A DNA stretch of 64,000 nucleotides from Chitinophagales bacterium (GTDB lineage: Bacteria > Bacteroidota > Bacteroidia > Chitinophagales > JADIYW01), in assembly GCA_023957215.1 (NCBI GenBank), contig JAMLHH010000003.1, positions 337-64,336 of the forward strand. The letters are read 5' to 3'. Each line of letters opens with the position of its first letter. The first letter of the stretch is position 1. Under the pieces are notes generated by a model, which had not been told where the DNA came from, searched no databases, and worked only from the letters and a program-made list of their open reading frames with translations. The translations under genes were made by a program, and so were the position numbers. Of the stretch, positions 19,159-29,013 are shown piece after piece.

Positions 19159-20028
19159 CTAAAGCATCCACCTATTTATACTCAAATATTTAAGAATCAA
19201 TAAATAGGGTATAATTTTGAAAGTGCAAATGTACAAAATAAAACTAATAAAGTTGATATCTACTTCATCATTTCCTAATTTTTTACTCCGATAAACGGCC
19301 ATAAGTGTCAATAAGGTAACAGATATTCCCGAAATGTATAGAATAACTGTTTTACTTATTAAAAAACCATTGATACTCAATATCAAAAATATCAAACTTA
19401 TCAGAAGCCAAAACCATGTGGTGATGATAATATATTGGGTGAAATATGGCTTAAAAAGTTGCTCCATTCCCAAAACAGCCTGTGTGAAAAATTCAAGAAA
19501 AGAAATGCATAAAAAGAAGATATTGATAACAACAAAAAGATTGACAAATTCAAACAAGGTAGAAAATTTAAAGGTATGTGACAGACTATCCGTTATATAA
19601 AATATAATGGCAGTCAAAGACAAGCTTCGTACTATAAACAATAAGGTAATAGGTAATAAATCAGTATATTTCCGGCTCTTGTACAGTGTTTCAAAGTTTT
19701 TAAACTTGACGATAGATTCAATATTATTTTTTAAATAAGTCGGATACAAAAACTTTAGGATAATAAAAATAATGGCAATAGACAACATGATAAAAGCCTC
19801 GTAATGTAAAGGTTGTTTTATCTTGATTTGCTGTACGTCCCATTGTGGGTTTTCAATAATATTGACACCATTAACACGGGAATGAATAAGCTCTATCTGA
19901 GTAGCAGACGAGTTATTCACAACAAACGAATCTTGAAATGCCGGACTAAATTCCATTTTTGCACTCATTGTAAGAGATGAGCAAGCAACTATCCATACCA
20001 ATAAGAGTTTTTTAAAAAATATTGACAT
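19159..20028 (-). CDS. DUF4271-like polytopic membrane protein
   Basis: Multiple hydrophobic helices. I chose the start at ATG 20028 (MSIFFKKLLLVW...); the ORF track extends to 20091 inside the upstream gene. Confidence 0.55.
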   Translation of the reverse strand: MSIFFKKLLLVWIVACSSLTMSAKMEFSPAFQDSFVVNNSSATQIELIHSRVNGVNIIENPQWDVQQIKIKQPLHYEAFIMLSIAIIFIILKFLYPTYLKNNIESIVKFKNFETLYKSRKYTDLLPITLLFIVRSLSLTAIIFYITDSLSHTFKFSTLFEFVNLFVVINIFFLCISFLEFFTQAVLGMEQLFKPYFTQYIIITTWFWLLISLIFLILSINGFLISKTVILYISGISVTLLTLMAVYRSKKLGNDEVDINFISFILYICTFKIIPYLLILKYLSINRWML

Positions 20029-21754
20029 ATCCGAAGTGGATTTTTGAATTTTTAAATTCAATAGGATTTTTCTGTTGTCTTCCCACTGCATAACTCACTC
20101 CAAAGATACCCGCTTTTGTTTCAAAGGCGATTCCGGCACCAAATCCAAAGGGATAATCACTTCTCATTTTATCTTCAAATCTTCTCGATACAAATCCTGC
20201 ATCAAAGAAAGTATATAAGTAGGAATTTTGCTGTAAAATAAAGCGATATTCTGCTGTCATAACAGCATAATGTTGTGTAAAGATAGATTCTTCGTCAAAA
20301 CCTCTCAATAAATTAGCTCCACCTATTCTAAACATTTCGTTATCGAGAATACCGCCGTTAATTTTTGAAGCGGCTTTTAGACCTATTTTCATGACTTGTC
20401 TTGCTGACAATTTGACGTACGCATTCATGGATGCTCTTAAAAGTATCTGAAGTGATTTTAACTTAACAGTATCATATAAAGTATTAAACGGCTCACTCAT
20501 CGAAATGATTTTTCCATCAGGTTTTATTTTTCTCGTACCCACTTGGATACTGGTAGAGACTTCTACTCCTCTTCTCGGGTTAAACAAATAATCAAGATTT
20601 TCAAAATAGGCTTCAAAGCCATATAAAAGTGTATTCACATCTTGAATAGTGGGCAATGCTCTTCTATTTTTAACTGCCAAAGTATCCGTTTTCAAGACAA
20701 TCGTTTGAGTATTTTCGATATATGCTTTGATATAGTTATTTGCTTTGGTTCGAAAAGGGATTCCCAAAGTCCAATTAACATCCAAAAAAGTAGAGTCTCT
20801 TTTATCAAGATTAAATGAAGCCGCCGCACCAATGGGTGAGTTGAGGATATAGGGATAATTAAATTTGAGTTGAAGTGACTGAGAACTCGGTTGTATTCTC
20901 TTCCATTCCAAAAATATTTCTTCTCCTCTTTTAAAAGCATTTTGCAATTGCAGACGGGCTTCTCCGGTAATAAGCACTTTACCTGTTGCATTGTTATTAG
21001 GCAACAAACCGATTAGAAAATCAAATTTACTAACTTTCTTTTGAGCAAGATAAACGTTAAAAGTGGCTTTATCGCCCCGGAAATTTATATTGGGCGGTCT
21101 TATATAAGTCACAAATGGAAGTTTGCGTAACAATTGGTCACTCTCCATTAAAAGTGATTCTTTATAAGGCATTTCTTTTTTAATACCAAGATAGGATTTT
21201 AGAAAGGAAGTAGAAATTTTCCCATTTTCTCTGTTTTTTAAACTATCATAGAGAATCAAAGGGCCTTTTTCCAAGTGGGCATTCATTTTAATAGACAAGC
21301 TGTCAAAACTGAGTGTATCCCAATAAATTTCAGCAAAAGGATAGCCATTTTCCTGTAAATAAAGCAAACGCCTTTCTAATTGCATGTTTGTTTGTTCTAT
21401 ATTTTCAGTAGTGATATCTTTTGCCGACTTCTTATTTTTTTCGACCACCTCAGGCATAGCAACCGATATGTGATACTTTTCACCTATGAATAATTGTAAA
21501 TACATGGTGTCATTTACCACTAACCAAATCGAATCTGCCGACGCACTTAAATACATCTTCTGATGCAAATCATTTAAAGTCTGCTCTATGAACAAGGCTC
21601 TCTTTTGGGCAGAATTAAAATTTTTCATAGAAGGAATCCCAAAGTTTTTGAGCTTGGAATCACTTTTTATTTTTAGCCAATAATCATTATCGGCACTATA
21701 CAAAAGATGAATAGCAAAGAAATAAAACAATATGTAAGAAATATACCTTTTCAA
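20012..21754 (-). CDS. Omp85/BamA-family outer-membrane protein
   Basis: 580 aa with a signal peptide and a beta-barrel-type C-terminus ...FGFGAGIAFETKAGIFGVSYAVG...IHFGYVNIF ending in Phe. Confidence 0.7.
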   Translation of the reverse strand: MKRYISYILFYFFAIHLLYSADNDYWLKIKSDSKLKNFGIPSMKNFNSAQKRALFIEQTLNDLHQKMYLSASADSIWLVVNDTMYLQLFIGEKYHISVAMPEVVEKNKKSAKDITTENIEQTNMQLERRLLYLQENGYPFAEIYWDTLSFDSLSIKMNAHLEKGPLILYDSLKNRENGKISTSFLKSYLGIKKEMPYKESLLMESDQLLRKLPFVTYIRPPNINFRGDKATFNVYLAQKKVSKFDFLIGLLPNNNATGKVLITGEARLQLQNAFKRGEEIFLEWKRIQPSSQSLQLKFNYPYILNSPIGAAASFNLDKRDSTFLDVNWTLGIPFRTKANNYIKAYIENTQTIVLKTDTLAVKNRRALPTIQDVNTLLYGFEAYFENLDYLFNPRRGVEVSTSIQVGTRKIKPDGKIISMSEPFNTLYDTVKLKSLQILLRASMNAYVKLSARQVMKIGLKAASKINGGILDNEMFRIGGANLLRGFDEESIFTQHYAVMTAEYRFILQQNSYLYTFFDAGFVSRRFEDKMRSDYPFGFGAGIAFETKAGIFGVSYAVGRQQKNPIEFKNSKIHFGYVNIF

Positions 21755-21798
21755 TCTATCTATCGCTTAGGTTTCCTTAATTTTGATTTTATTTTCTG

Positions 21799-22929
21799 AT
21801 GTCCGGTATTTATATCCATATTCCTTTTTGTAAACAAGCATGTCACTATTGCAATTTTCACTTTTCTACCACTTTTGATAGTTATCGTAAAGATATGATA
21901 CAAGCTATCATACGTGAAATCGAATTACAGAAAGAATTCTTTGGAAGTAAAACGGAAATCAGTTCCGTATATTTTGGTGGTGGCACTCCATCTTTATTAA
22001 ATGCAGAAGAATTAGGCGACATTTGGCAAAGTTTGGAAAAAAACTTTGATTTATCACTACTAAAAGAAGTAACTCTTGAAGCGAACCCTGACGATATAGA
22101 CAGAGATTTTATCCAAACAATTTCCCAATCAAAAATAGACAGACTCAGCATAGGTGTACAATCTTTTGATGACTTAGATTTAGCCTATCTCAATCGGGTA
22201 CACGACAGCAAAAGGGCTTATAATAGTATTTCGCACGCAAAAGATATCGGCTTAGAAGTATCGACCGACTTGATTTTCGGCATTCCTACATCCGGAATTA
22301 CAAGATTAGAAAGTGATATCAGAAAATTGACACAAATGGATGTCAATCATATTTCTGTATATGCATTAACCGTAGAACTCAACACACCTCTTTATCATTT
22401 AATCAAACGGAAAAAGAAAGCTCCTATTATAGATGAAAAAGTGGTCAAAGAAATGTCTTGGCTCATGGACTTTATGCCATCATTGGGCTATCATCAATAC
22501 GAAATCTCCAACTTTGCTGCACCGGGTTATGAGGCAGTTCACAATAGTAGTTACTGGCATGGTGAAAAATACTTGGGAATAGGACCGTCTGCACATAGTT
22601 ATGATGGACAAAGTAGATATTGGAATATCTCTAATAATATCAAATATATCCATTCATTAAAAAACGGAGAAATACCTTGTGAAAAAGAGATATTGACTTC
22701 ACACGACCGGTATAATGAATGGATTATGACAAGACTTCGATTAAAGGAAGGTATAAATAGCGGGGAATTAGGGAAAATATTTGGAGAAAAGCTATATCAA
22801 TCTTTTTTAGAAAATGTACAAATTTTTGTCAAGGAAGAAAAGGTTAAACAATATGGATATCAATTTATATTGACAAATAGTGGTCGTTTGTGGGCTGATT
22901 ATATTTCATCAGAACTGTTTATAGAATAA
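21799..22929 (+). CDS. hemW: Radical SAM heme chaperone HemW (HemN-like, oxygen-independent coproporphyrinogen oxidase family)
   Basis: 376 aa starting MSGIYIHIPFCKQACHYCNF, which carries the CxxxCxxC radical-SAM cluster. Confidence 0.9.
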   Translation: MSGIYIHIPFCKQACHYCNFHFSTTFDSYRKDMIQAIIREIELQKEFFGSKTEISSVYFGGGTPSLLNAEELGDIWQSLEKNFDLSLLKEVTLEANPDDIDRDFIQTISQSKIDRLSIGVQSFDDLDLAYLNRVHDSKRAYNSISHAKDIGLEVSTDLIFGIPTSGITRLESDIRKLTQMDVNHISVYALTVELNTPLYHLIKRKKKAPIIDEKVVKEMSWLMDFMPSLGYHQYEISNFAAPGYEAVHNSSYWHGEKYLGIGPSAHSYDGQSRYWNISNNIKYIHSLKNGEIPCEKEILTSHDRYNEWIMTRLRLKEGINSGELGKIFGEKLYQSFLENVQIFVKEEKVKQYGYQFILTNSGRLWADYISSELFIE

Positions 22930-22930
22930 C

Positions 22931-22966
22931 AAAAAAAAGGGTCATCCAATTGGATGACCCTTTTTT
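22931..22966. terminator. Bidirectional rho-independent terminator between convergent hemW and aceA
   Basis: A perfect 22-nt palindrome GGGTCATCCAATTGGATGACCC (22939-22960) is flanked by A8 upstream and T6 downstream. Confidence 0.8.
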
Positions 22967-22984
22967 ATACTAACTAATCTATGA

Positions 22985-24562
22985 TTAGAATTGGTTAGAA
23001 GTATTTTTAGAACCACCTGCTTTAAGTGCATGCTCACCGGAGAAGAACTCTTTGTGATCATCACCCATATCAGAACCGGCCATACGTTGGTGTCTAACAG
23101 CAGCTACACCTTTACGGATTTCTTGACGTTGGATGTTTTTAACGTAAGCAAGCATACCTTCTTCACCGAAGTAACCTTCAGAAAGATCGTTCATTCTCAA
23201 TGCATTGGTATGATAAGTAGGCAATGTAATCAAGTGGTGGAAAATCCCTGCTTCACGAGCTGAGTCAGCTTGGAAAGTACGGATCTTGTCATCAGCTCTT
23301 CTACAAAGTTCAGTATCATCATATTTTACATTCATCAAGTCAGCACGATCGTAAGCAGATACATCTTCTCCTGCTTCTTTCATTGCATCATAAGCTTGTT
23401 GACGGAAGTTTAAAGTCCAGTTAAATGATGGAGAGTTGTTGTAAACCAATTTAGCGTTAGGAACTTGTTCTTTGATTCTATTTACCATGAGTGCAATTTG
23501 TTTCAAAGAAGGAACCGGAGTTTCAATCCACAACAAGTCAGCACCGGCTTTTAAAGCACCAACACAGTCAAATACGATACGGTCGATGTTAGTACCGGGA
23601 GCAAATTCATACAAACCATTTGCCAAACGTGAAGGTCGATGAAGTTTGCCATCTCTTTTGATAAGTACTTCATTATCTTTCGCATCAGCGATATTGATTT
23701 CTTCTGTTTTCAAGAAACTGATATATTTTGCTGCTGCATCGTTTTCATTGTGAGAAACAGGAACTGCTTGAGTCAAACTGGCTCCCTCTGAGTCTGTACG
23801 TGCAACGATGATACCGTCATCAACACCTAATTCCAAAAATGCATAACGCAAAGCGTTTAATTTGCCATGAAATTCTTCATGCGGAACTGTTACTTTACCA
23901 TCTTGGTGACCACATTGTTTTGCATCTGATACTTGGTTTTCAATTTGAAGAGCGCATGCACCTGCTTCAATCATTTTTTTAGCTAACAAATATGTAGCTT
24001 CTGCATTACCAAAACCAGCGTCAATATCAGCGATTATTGGAACTACGTGAGTTTGGAAATTATCGATTTGATCTTGAACATCTTCTCCCAATTCTTTACG
24101 ACGGAAAAGATCGTTTAGTTCTACTGCGTCAGCTTGTCTCAAAAATTGGTAGATTTCTTCGATAACCGCAGGAACTACCGTTTTTTCGTGCATAGATTGG
24201 TCAGGAAGCGGACCAAATTCAGAACGCAAAGCTGCTACCATCCATCCGGAAAGATAGATATAAGTTTTATCAGTAGTTTGTCTTTGTTTTTTTACTGCAA
24301 TCATTTTTTGTTGTGCAATAAATCCATGCCAGCACCCCAAAGATTGAGTATATTTAGAATGATCAGCATCGTATTCTGCCATGTCTTTACGCATAATAGC
24401 AGCGGTGTATCTTGCGATATCAAGACCTGTTCTAAAACGATTTTGAACGATCATACGAGCGGCATCTTCAGGAACAATATTATTCCAATTTTCGCCAAAT
24501 TTTGCTTTTAGCTCCTTCACTTTATCAAGTGCTGAAGTATAAACGGATTGTGAGTTTCCCAT
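22985..24562 (-). CDS. aceA: Isocitrate lyase
   Basis: 525 aa with the ICL signature region SDAKQCGHQDGK. It is adjacent to malate synthase. Confidence 0.92.
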   Translation of the reverse strand: MGNSQSVYTSALDKVKELKAKFGENWNNIVPEDAARMIVQNRFRTGLDIARYTAAIMRKDMAEYDADHSKYTQSLGCWHGFIAQQKMIAVKKQRQTTDKTYIYLSGWMVAALRSEFGPLPDQSMHEKTVVPAVIEEIYQFLRQADAVELNDLFRRKELGEDVQDQIDNFQTHVVPIIADIDAGFGNAEATYLLAKKMIEAGACALQIENQVSDAKQCGHQDGKVTVPHEEFHGKLNALRYAFLELGVDDGIIVARTDSEGASLTQAVPVSHNENDAAAKYISFLKTEEINIADAKDNEVLIKRDGKLHRPSRLANGLYEFAPGTNIDRIVFDCVGALKAGADLLWIETPVPSLKQIALMVNRIKEQVPNAKLVYNNSPSFNWTLNFRQQAYDAMKEAGEDVSAYDRADLMNVKYDDTELCRRADDKIRTFQADSAREAGIFHHLITLPTYHTNALRMNDLSEGYFGEEGMLAYVKNIQRQEIRKGVAAVRHQRMAGSDMGDDHKEFFSGEHALKAGGSKNTSNQF

Positions 24563-24602
24563 AAATAATTTGATATTATAAATAAATAAATTTTTTCTAT
24601 TT

Positions 24603-26201
24603 TTATATGAATTTGTATGCCTCCAAGGTCAAGAATTCTTCTAATTTTTCAGACAAACTCATTTTTGCAAAAAGTTCAATCGCCAAATCAAATTTGGTAT
24701 TTGCATAATCTGCACCATATTGTTGTTTATATGCTACTTTTTGCTCATCGATTAATTTTTCCACTAATTCTTTGGTCACTTTTGTGCCATCAGTCATAAT
24801 TGCTTTTGGATGATTGACCCATTGCCAAACTTGTGTTCTTGAAATTTCAGCAGTTGCAGCATCTTCCATCAAGTTATTGATAGGAACACAGCCATTTCCT
24901 CTCAACCATGCTTCCATATATCTGATACCTACATCAATATTGGTTTTTAGACCTTCTAATGTAATAGTTCCTTTTGGAATTTCAAGGAGATCAGAAGCGG
25001 TTACGCTTACATCTTCTCTTTTCACGTGGATTTGATTAGGAGTAGGCATGTATTTGTTAAACTCTCCCAATGCTACTGCGACCAATCCAGGGTGTGCCAC
25101 CCAAGTACCATCATGTCCTGCTTTCGCTTCTCTCTCTTTGTCTGCACGTACTTTTTCCAATGCGATATTGTTAGCTGCATCATCGCCTTTGATAGGAATT
25201 TGCGCTGCCATACCACCCATTGCGAATGCTTCACGTTTGTGGCAAGTTTGAATCACCAATTCAGTATAAGCTTTCATAAATGGAGAAGTCATACCGACTT
25301 GAGCTCTGTCCGGAATCAAGAACTCTGTATTATTTACTAATCTCTTAATGTATGAGAACAGGTAGTCCCAACGACCACAGTTTAGACCTGCGGAATGGTC
25401 TCTCAATTCAAATAAGATTTCATTTAATTGGAATGTAGCCATGATTGTTTCTATCAAAACAGTTCCTTTAATAGTTCCCAATGGAACATTTAATTGGCTT
25501 TGAGCTAAAATAAAGATATCATTCCATAATCTTGCTTCAAGATGATGCTCCATTTTTGGAAGATATAAATATAGACCACTGTCGTTTTTTAATCTAATAG
25601 CCACATTGTGGAAGAAATACAAACCGAAGTCCCAAATAGATGCTGACATGGGTTCACCATCTACTGTAACATTTTTTTCTTCCATGTGCCATCCTCTCGG
25701 ACGTACAAAAAGAACGGCTGTTTCATCATTTAATTGATAGCTTTTACCTCTTGCTTTATCTTCTAAAGAAATCGTTTTCAAGTTAGCATCAATCAAGTTA
25801 ATTTGACCTTCTATATTGTTTTCCCACGTCGGTGAATTAGCATCTTCTAAATCTGCCATAAAAACCTTTGCACCAGAGTTCAAAGCATTGATAATCATCT
25901 TACGGTCAACAGGGCCGGTGATCTCAACTCTTCTATCTTGAATATCAGCAGGACAAGGAGCTACAGTCCATTTACCATCACGAATAGATTTGGTTTCCGG
26001 CAAAAAGTCAGGAAGTACACCTTGGTCTAAGGTCTTTTGACGCTCAACTCTCGCTTGTAATAAATCTTTTCTTCTAGCATTAAATTTTCTGTGAAGTCCT
26101 ACAACAAATTCTAAGGCTTCAGGTGTCAAGATATTATCAAAACCCGGCTGAAAAGAACCGGTTATTTTAACACCTTCAGGAACTCTATAATTTTCTGACA
26201 T
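24603..26201 (-). CDS. aceB: Malate synthase A
   Basis: 532 aa with the malate synthase signature RDHSAGLNCGRWDYLFS. Confidence 0.92.
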   Translation of the reverse strand: MSENYRVPEGVKITGSFQPGFDNILTPEALEFVVGLHRKFNARRKDLLQARVERQKTLDQGVLPDFLPETKSIRDGKWTVAPCPADIQDRRVEITGPVDRKMIINALNSGAKVFMADLEDANSPTWENNIEGQINLIDANLKTISLEDKARGKSYQLNDETAVLFVRPRGWHMEEKNVTVDGEPMSASIWDFGLYFFHNVAIRLKNDSGLYLYLPKMEHHLEARLWNDIFILAQSQLNVPLGTIKGTVLIETIMATFQLNEILFELRDHSAGLNCGRWDYLFSYIKRLVNNTEFLIPDRAQVGMTSPFMKAYTELVIQTCHKREAFAMGGMAAQIPIKGDDAANNIALEKVRADKEREAKAGHDGTWVAHPGLVAVALGEFNKYMPTPNQIHVKREDVSVTASDLLEIPKGTITLEGLKTNIDVGIRYMEAWLRGNGCVPINNLMEDAATAEISRTQVWQWVNHPKAIMTDGTKVTKELVEKLIDEQKVAYKQQYGADYANTKFDLAIELFAKMSLSEKLEEFLTLEAYKFI

Positions 26202-26226
26202 TTTGAATATGGTTTAAAAATTTTTG

Positions 26227-26234
26227 CAAAAGTA
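26227..26234 (-). promoter_or_regulatory. Candidate Bacteroidota -7 promoter box (TAnnTTTG) upstream of aceB
   Basis: The minus strand reads TACTTTTG about 26 nt upstream of the aceB ATG. I found no good -33 TTG at canonical spacing. Confidence 0.3.
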
Positions 26235-26511
26235 ACAATTTATCTTTTTATTTCTAATGAATACGTGTTAAAGATAGATTAAACAATATTTATAACATAT
26301 TGATAAAAAGCGTAACATTCAATGCATTATCGTGTTAAAACCCTCTCTTCATTCACACTAATTTTATCAGATATATTCAATAACTACAATAGTGTTCATT
26401 TGTTTTCAATTTAAGTAATGATAACAGGCATATATACAACTGTTGTTTATAAAACTATTATTAGATTTGAAATGCCTGCACTTTCATTTTTAAAGGATTA
26501 TTTTTGTAACG

Positions 26512-27531
26512 ATGAATAAAACAAGTAAATTTCAAGTCTTGAGAAAACGACTCGCATCTTTTGGTATAGATGGTTTTATTACTTCACTATTGCTTTTCGT
26601 ACTTGTCGCTTATCTCAAACCTACCTGGGGTTCTGATGACTCTTCACCTTTCCCGCTAAAATCCATTTCTAACATTGGAGTTAGTTTCATCTTCTTTTTT
26701 TACGGATTGGGCTTGAGTATGGAAGAGTTGAAAGAAGGTTTAAGAAATATTCCTCTACACATTTTAGTTCAAGGAAGTTCATTTGTTTTATTTCCATTGA
26801 TTATTTGGACACTTCACTCTTTTATAAGTCCTGATCCCGATAATACAATATGGACGGGTATCTTCTTTTTGGCTGCTCTTCCATCTACTGTTTCATCTTC
26901 TGTGGTCATGGTTTCTATTGCCAAAGGTAATCTTCCCGCTGCCATTTTTAATGCCAGCATTTCTAGTCTGATAGGCGTGTTTATGACACCAATTATCGTG
27001 GAGGTTTTTATCAATACCAAAACAGATGGCGGTCAAGATTTAAGTAGTGCTATTTTAGACTTAATCATACAAGTAGTCATTCCGGTAGGTTTGGGTCTGT
27101 TTTTACATCGTTTCTTTGCGAAATGGATAAAAACGCAAGGCAAAAGAATTAAAATCTTTGATCAGGCAATTATTATTTTAATCGTATATCGCTCATTTAG
27201 CGAGTCTTTCGAAAAAGATTTATTCGCACTATTGGATTATTCATCTTTGTTCATTTTGAGTGCATCCATGTTAGGACTATTTTTTATGTTTTATTTTGGA
27301 GTTATGCGTATCGGAAAAACACTCAACTTCTCTATGGAAGATAGAATTACAGCTGCTTTCTGTGGCTCTAAAAAATCATTAGTACACGGTACTGTCATGT
27401 CTAATGTACTTTTTAAAGGTAGTTCTTCAGTAGGCATCATTCTCATGCCTCTGATGATTTATCACACACTCCAACTCATGGTAGGAACTGTTTTAGCAGA
27501 AAAATTGAGTAAAAGAGAAAGGCTAAGTTAA
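26512..27531 (+). CDS. Bile acid:sodium symporter (BASS/YfeH-like) family transporter
   Basis: 339 aa and polytopic. ALPSTVSSSVVMVSIAKGNLPAAIF is typical of the SBF/BASS family. Confidence 0.8.
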   Translation: MNKTSKFQVLRKRLASFGIDGFITSLLLFVLVAYLKPTWGSDDSSPFPLKSISNIGVSFIFFFYGLGLSMEELKEGLRNIPLHILVQGSSFVLFPLIIWTLHSFISPDPDNTIWTGIFFLAALPSTVSSSVVMVSIAKGNLPAAIFNASISSLIGVFMTPIIVEVFINTKTDGGQDLSSAILDLIIQVVIPVGLGLFLHRFFAKWIKTQGKRIKIFDQAIIILIVYRSFSESFEKDLFALLDYSSLFILSASMLGLFFMFYFGVMRIGKTLNFSMEDRITAAFCGSKKSLVHGTVMSNVLFKGSSSVGIILMPLMIYHTLQLMVGTVLAEKLSKRERLS

Positions 27532-27673
27532 GTAATCCGACCAGATTTGATAATAATAAAACCGTAAAGGGCGCAAAGCTCTCACAAAAGATTTTATTTA
27601 AGATATAAGTTCATAGTTATTTCTGAATAAATGTAATAGAGAGCCTATTTAAACTACATTGATAATATTTTTG

Positions 27674-27681
27674 TATATTTG
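27674..27681 (+). promoter_or_regulatory. Candidate -7 promoter box (TATATTTG) for the antitoxin-toxin operon
   Basis: Matches TAnnTTTG, 22 nt upstream of the antitoxin ATG at 27703. The -33 element is not convincing. Confidence 0.3.
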
Positions 27682-27801
27682 ATAGATAAGATAAAATCAA
27701 AAATGGAAAATGCCTTGCTATATCAACAAATTGCTGAACTTCCAGAAGCCCTCAAAAAAGAGGTGCAGAACTTTATTGATAATCTTATCAACAAAACGAT
27801 A

Positions 27802-28880
27802 ATATATCGAAATTATTTCGTATATTTACCTTATGAAAAAAAACAGATTTTCGCAAATTGGCAGAGCCTGAAAGATTAGCATTTCGTAAGCAGGCAATTC
27901 AACTGATACAATCAGGAAGAAGAAAGAAGTAGCAGAAATAATAGGGGTTAGACCAGCAACAATTACAGAGTGGTGGAGTGATTTTCAGCAAAACGGTCTA
28001 AAAGGGCTTATTTCCAAAAAGAAAGGAGTCAAGTCTGAGGATAAGAAACTATTAAGTAAAGAGCAGGAGCTTGCTATTCAGAAGATGATAGTAGATAAGA
28101 TGCTTGAACAATTAAAATTGGAATTTGCCTTGTGGACACGTAAAGCGGTGAAGGAGTTAGTGGAACGAGAGTTTGGAGTTATCCTTGCGATAACGACAAT
28201 GGGTGACTATTTGCGTAAATGGGGGTTTACCTCTCAAAAGCCCAAGAAGAAGGCTTATGAGCAATGCCCCAAAAAGGTTCAGCAATGGTTGGATAAAGAA
28301 TATCCCAAAATCAAAGAACTGGCAAAAAAAGAAAATGCTGAGATATATTGGGGCGCTGAGACGGGTGTAAGGAATCAGTGCAATCATGGCAGAAGTTACG
28401 CTCCCAAGGGTAAAACCCCCGTAAAGAAAAGCATGTCCAAGAAGTTTTCTGTCAATATGGTATCGGCCATAACCAATCAAGGAAAAGTTCAGTTTATGAT
28501 CTATTCCGATACAATGAATGCAGACAGATTTATTGAGTTTATGCAACAACTCATCAAATCATCGTCAAGAAAGGTATATCTGATTTTGGACAACCTCAGG
28601 GTTCATCACAGCAAGATTGTAAAAGAATGGATAGATGAAAATAAAGATACGATAGAACTATTCTATTTGCCCTCCTATTCTCCTGAACGAAACCCCGACG
28701 AATACCTTAATTGTGACCTAAAGTAAGGCTTATCCGTTAAAAAATCACCTAAAACCAAAGAAATACTCCAAACAAATGTCCAAAATCATATGGATATGCT
28801 TCAAGCAAATCCTGAAAGAGTAAGAAAATATCTCAAACACAAAGACATTCAATATGCTGCTTAATAATTACTTTCGGTAT
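27802..28880 (+). mobile_element. IS630-family insertion sequence (1079 bp) flanked by a TA target-site duplication
   Basis: TA at 27800-27801 and again at 28881-28882. The imperfect terminal inverted repeats are ATATATCGAAATTATTT (left) versus ATACCGAAAGTAATTATT (reverse complement of the right end). It encodes a DDE transposase, and removing the element plus one TA restores the host ORF frame. Confidence 0.7.
27833..28864 (+). pseudogene. IS630-family DDE transposase, degenerate (two frameshifts plus an in-frame TAA)
   Basis: The HTH part reads MKK(T)DFRKLAEPERLAFRKQAIQLIQSGRRKK only in the +1 frame, entered at the A8 run 27836-27843, and returns to frame 0 near 27917-27935. TAA at 28724-28726 cuts ...NPDEYLNCDLK*GLSVKK...KHKDIQYAA. 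Confidence 0.8.
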
Positions 28881-29013
28881 TATGTCGTCTGGCTAATAAC
28901 AAAAAAACAGCAATGAATAAGAAGTCCAAACATCCAAAGTTTGGGTTTTATAAAGGGAAAATTAAAATACAAGATGATTTTGATGAGCCTTTGGACGATT
29001 TTAAAGAGTATAT

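Noticed and set aside
27679-27879. A 66-aa ORF from the ORF track
   Set aside because: It is a chimera. The first 41 codons are antitoxin leader and N-terminus. The rest reads into the IS630 left end, so it is not a native protein.
27833-27935. Programmed ribosomal frameshifting at the A8 run of the IS630 transposase
   Set aside because: Making a full-length protein would need a +1 shift, then a compensating shift about 27 codons later, plus suppression of a TAA. Decay or sequencing error is the simpler reading.
12984-28726. Genetic-code reassignment of TAA
   Set aside because: TAA terminates tuf, rpoB, rplL, rplK and gldM at their expected conserved C-termini in this same window. A global reassignment is therefore untenable.
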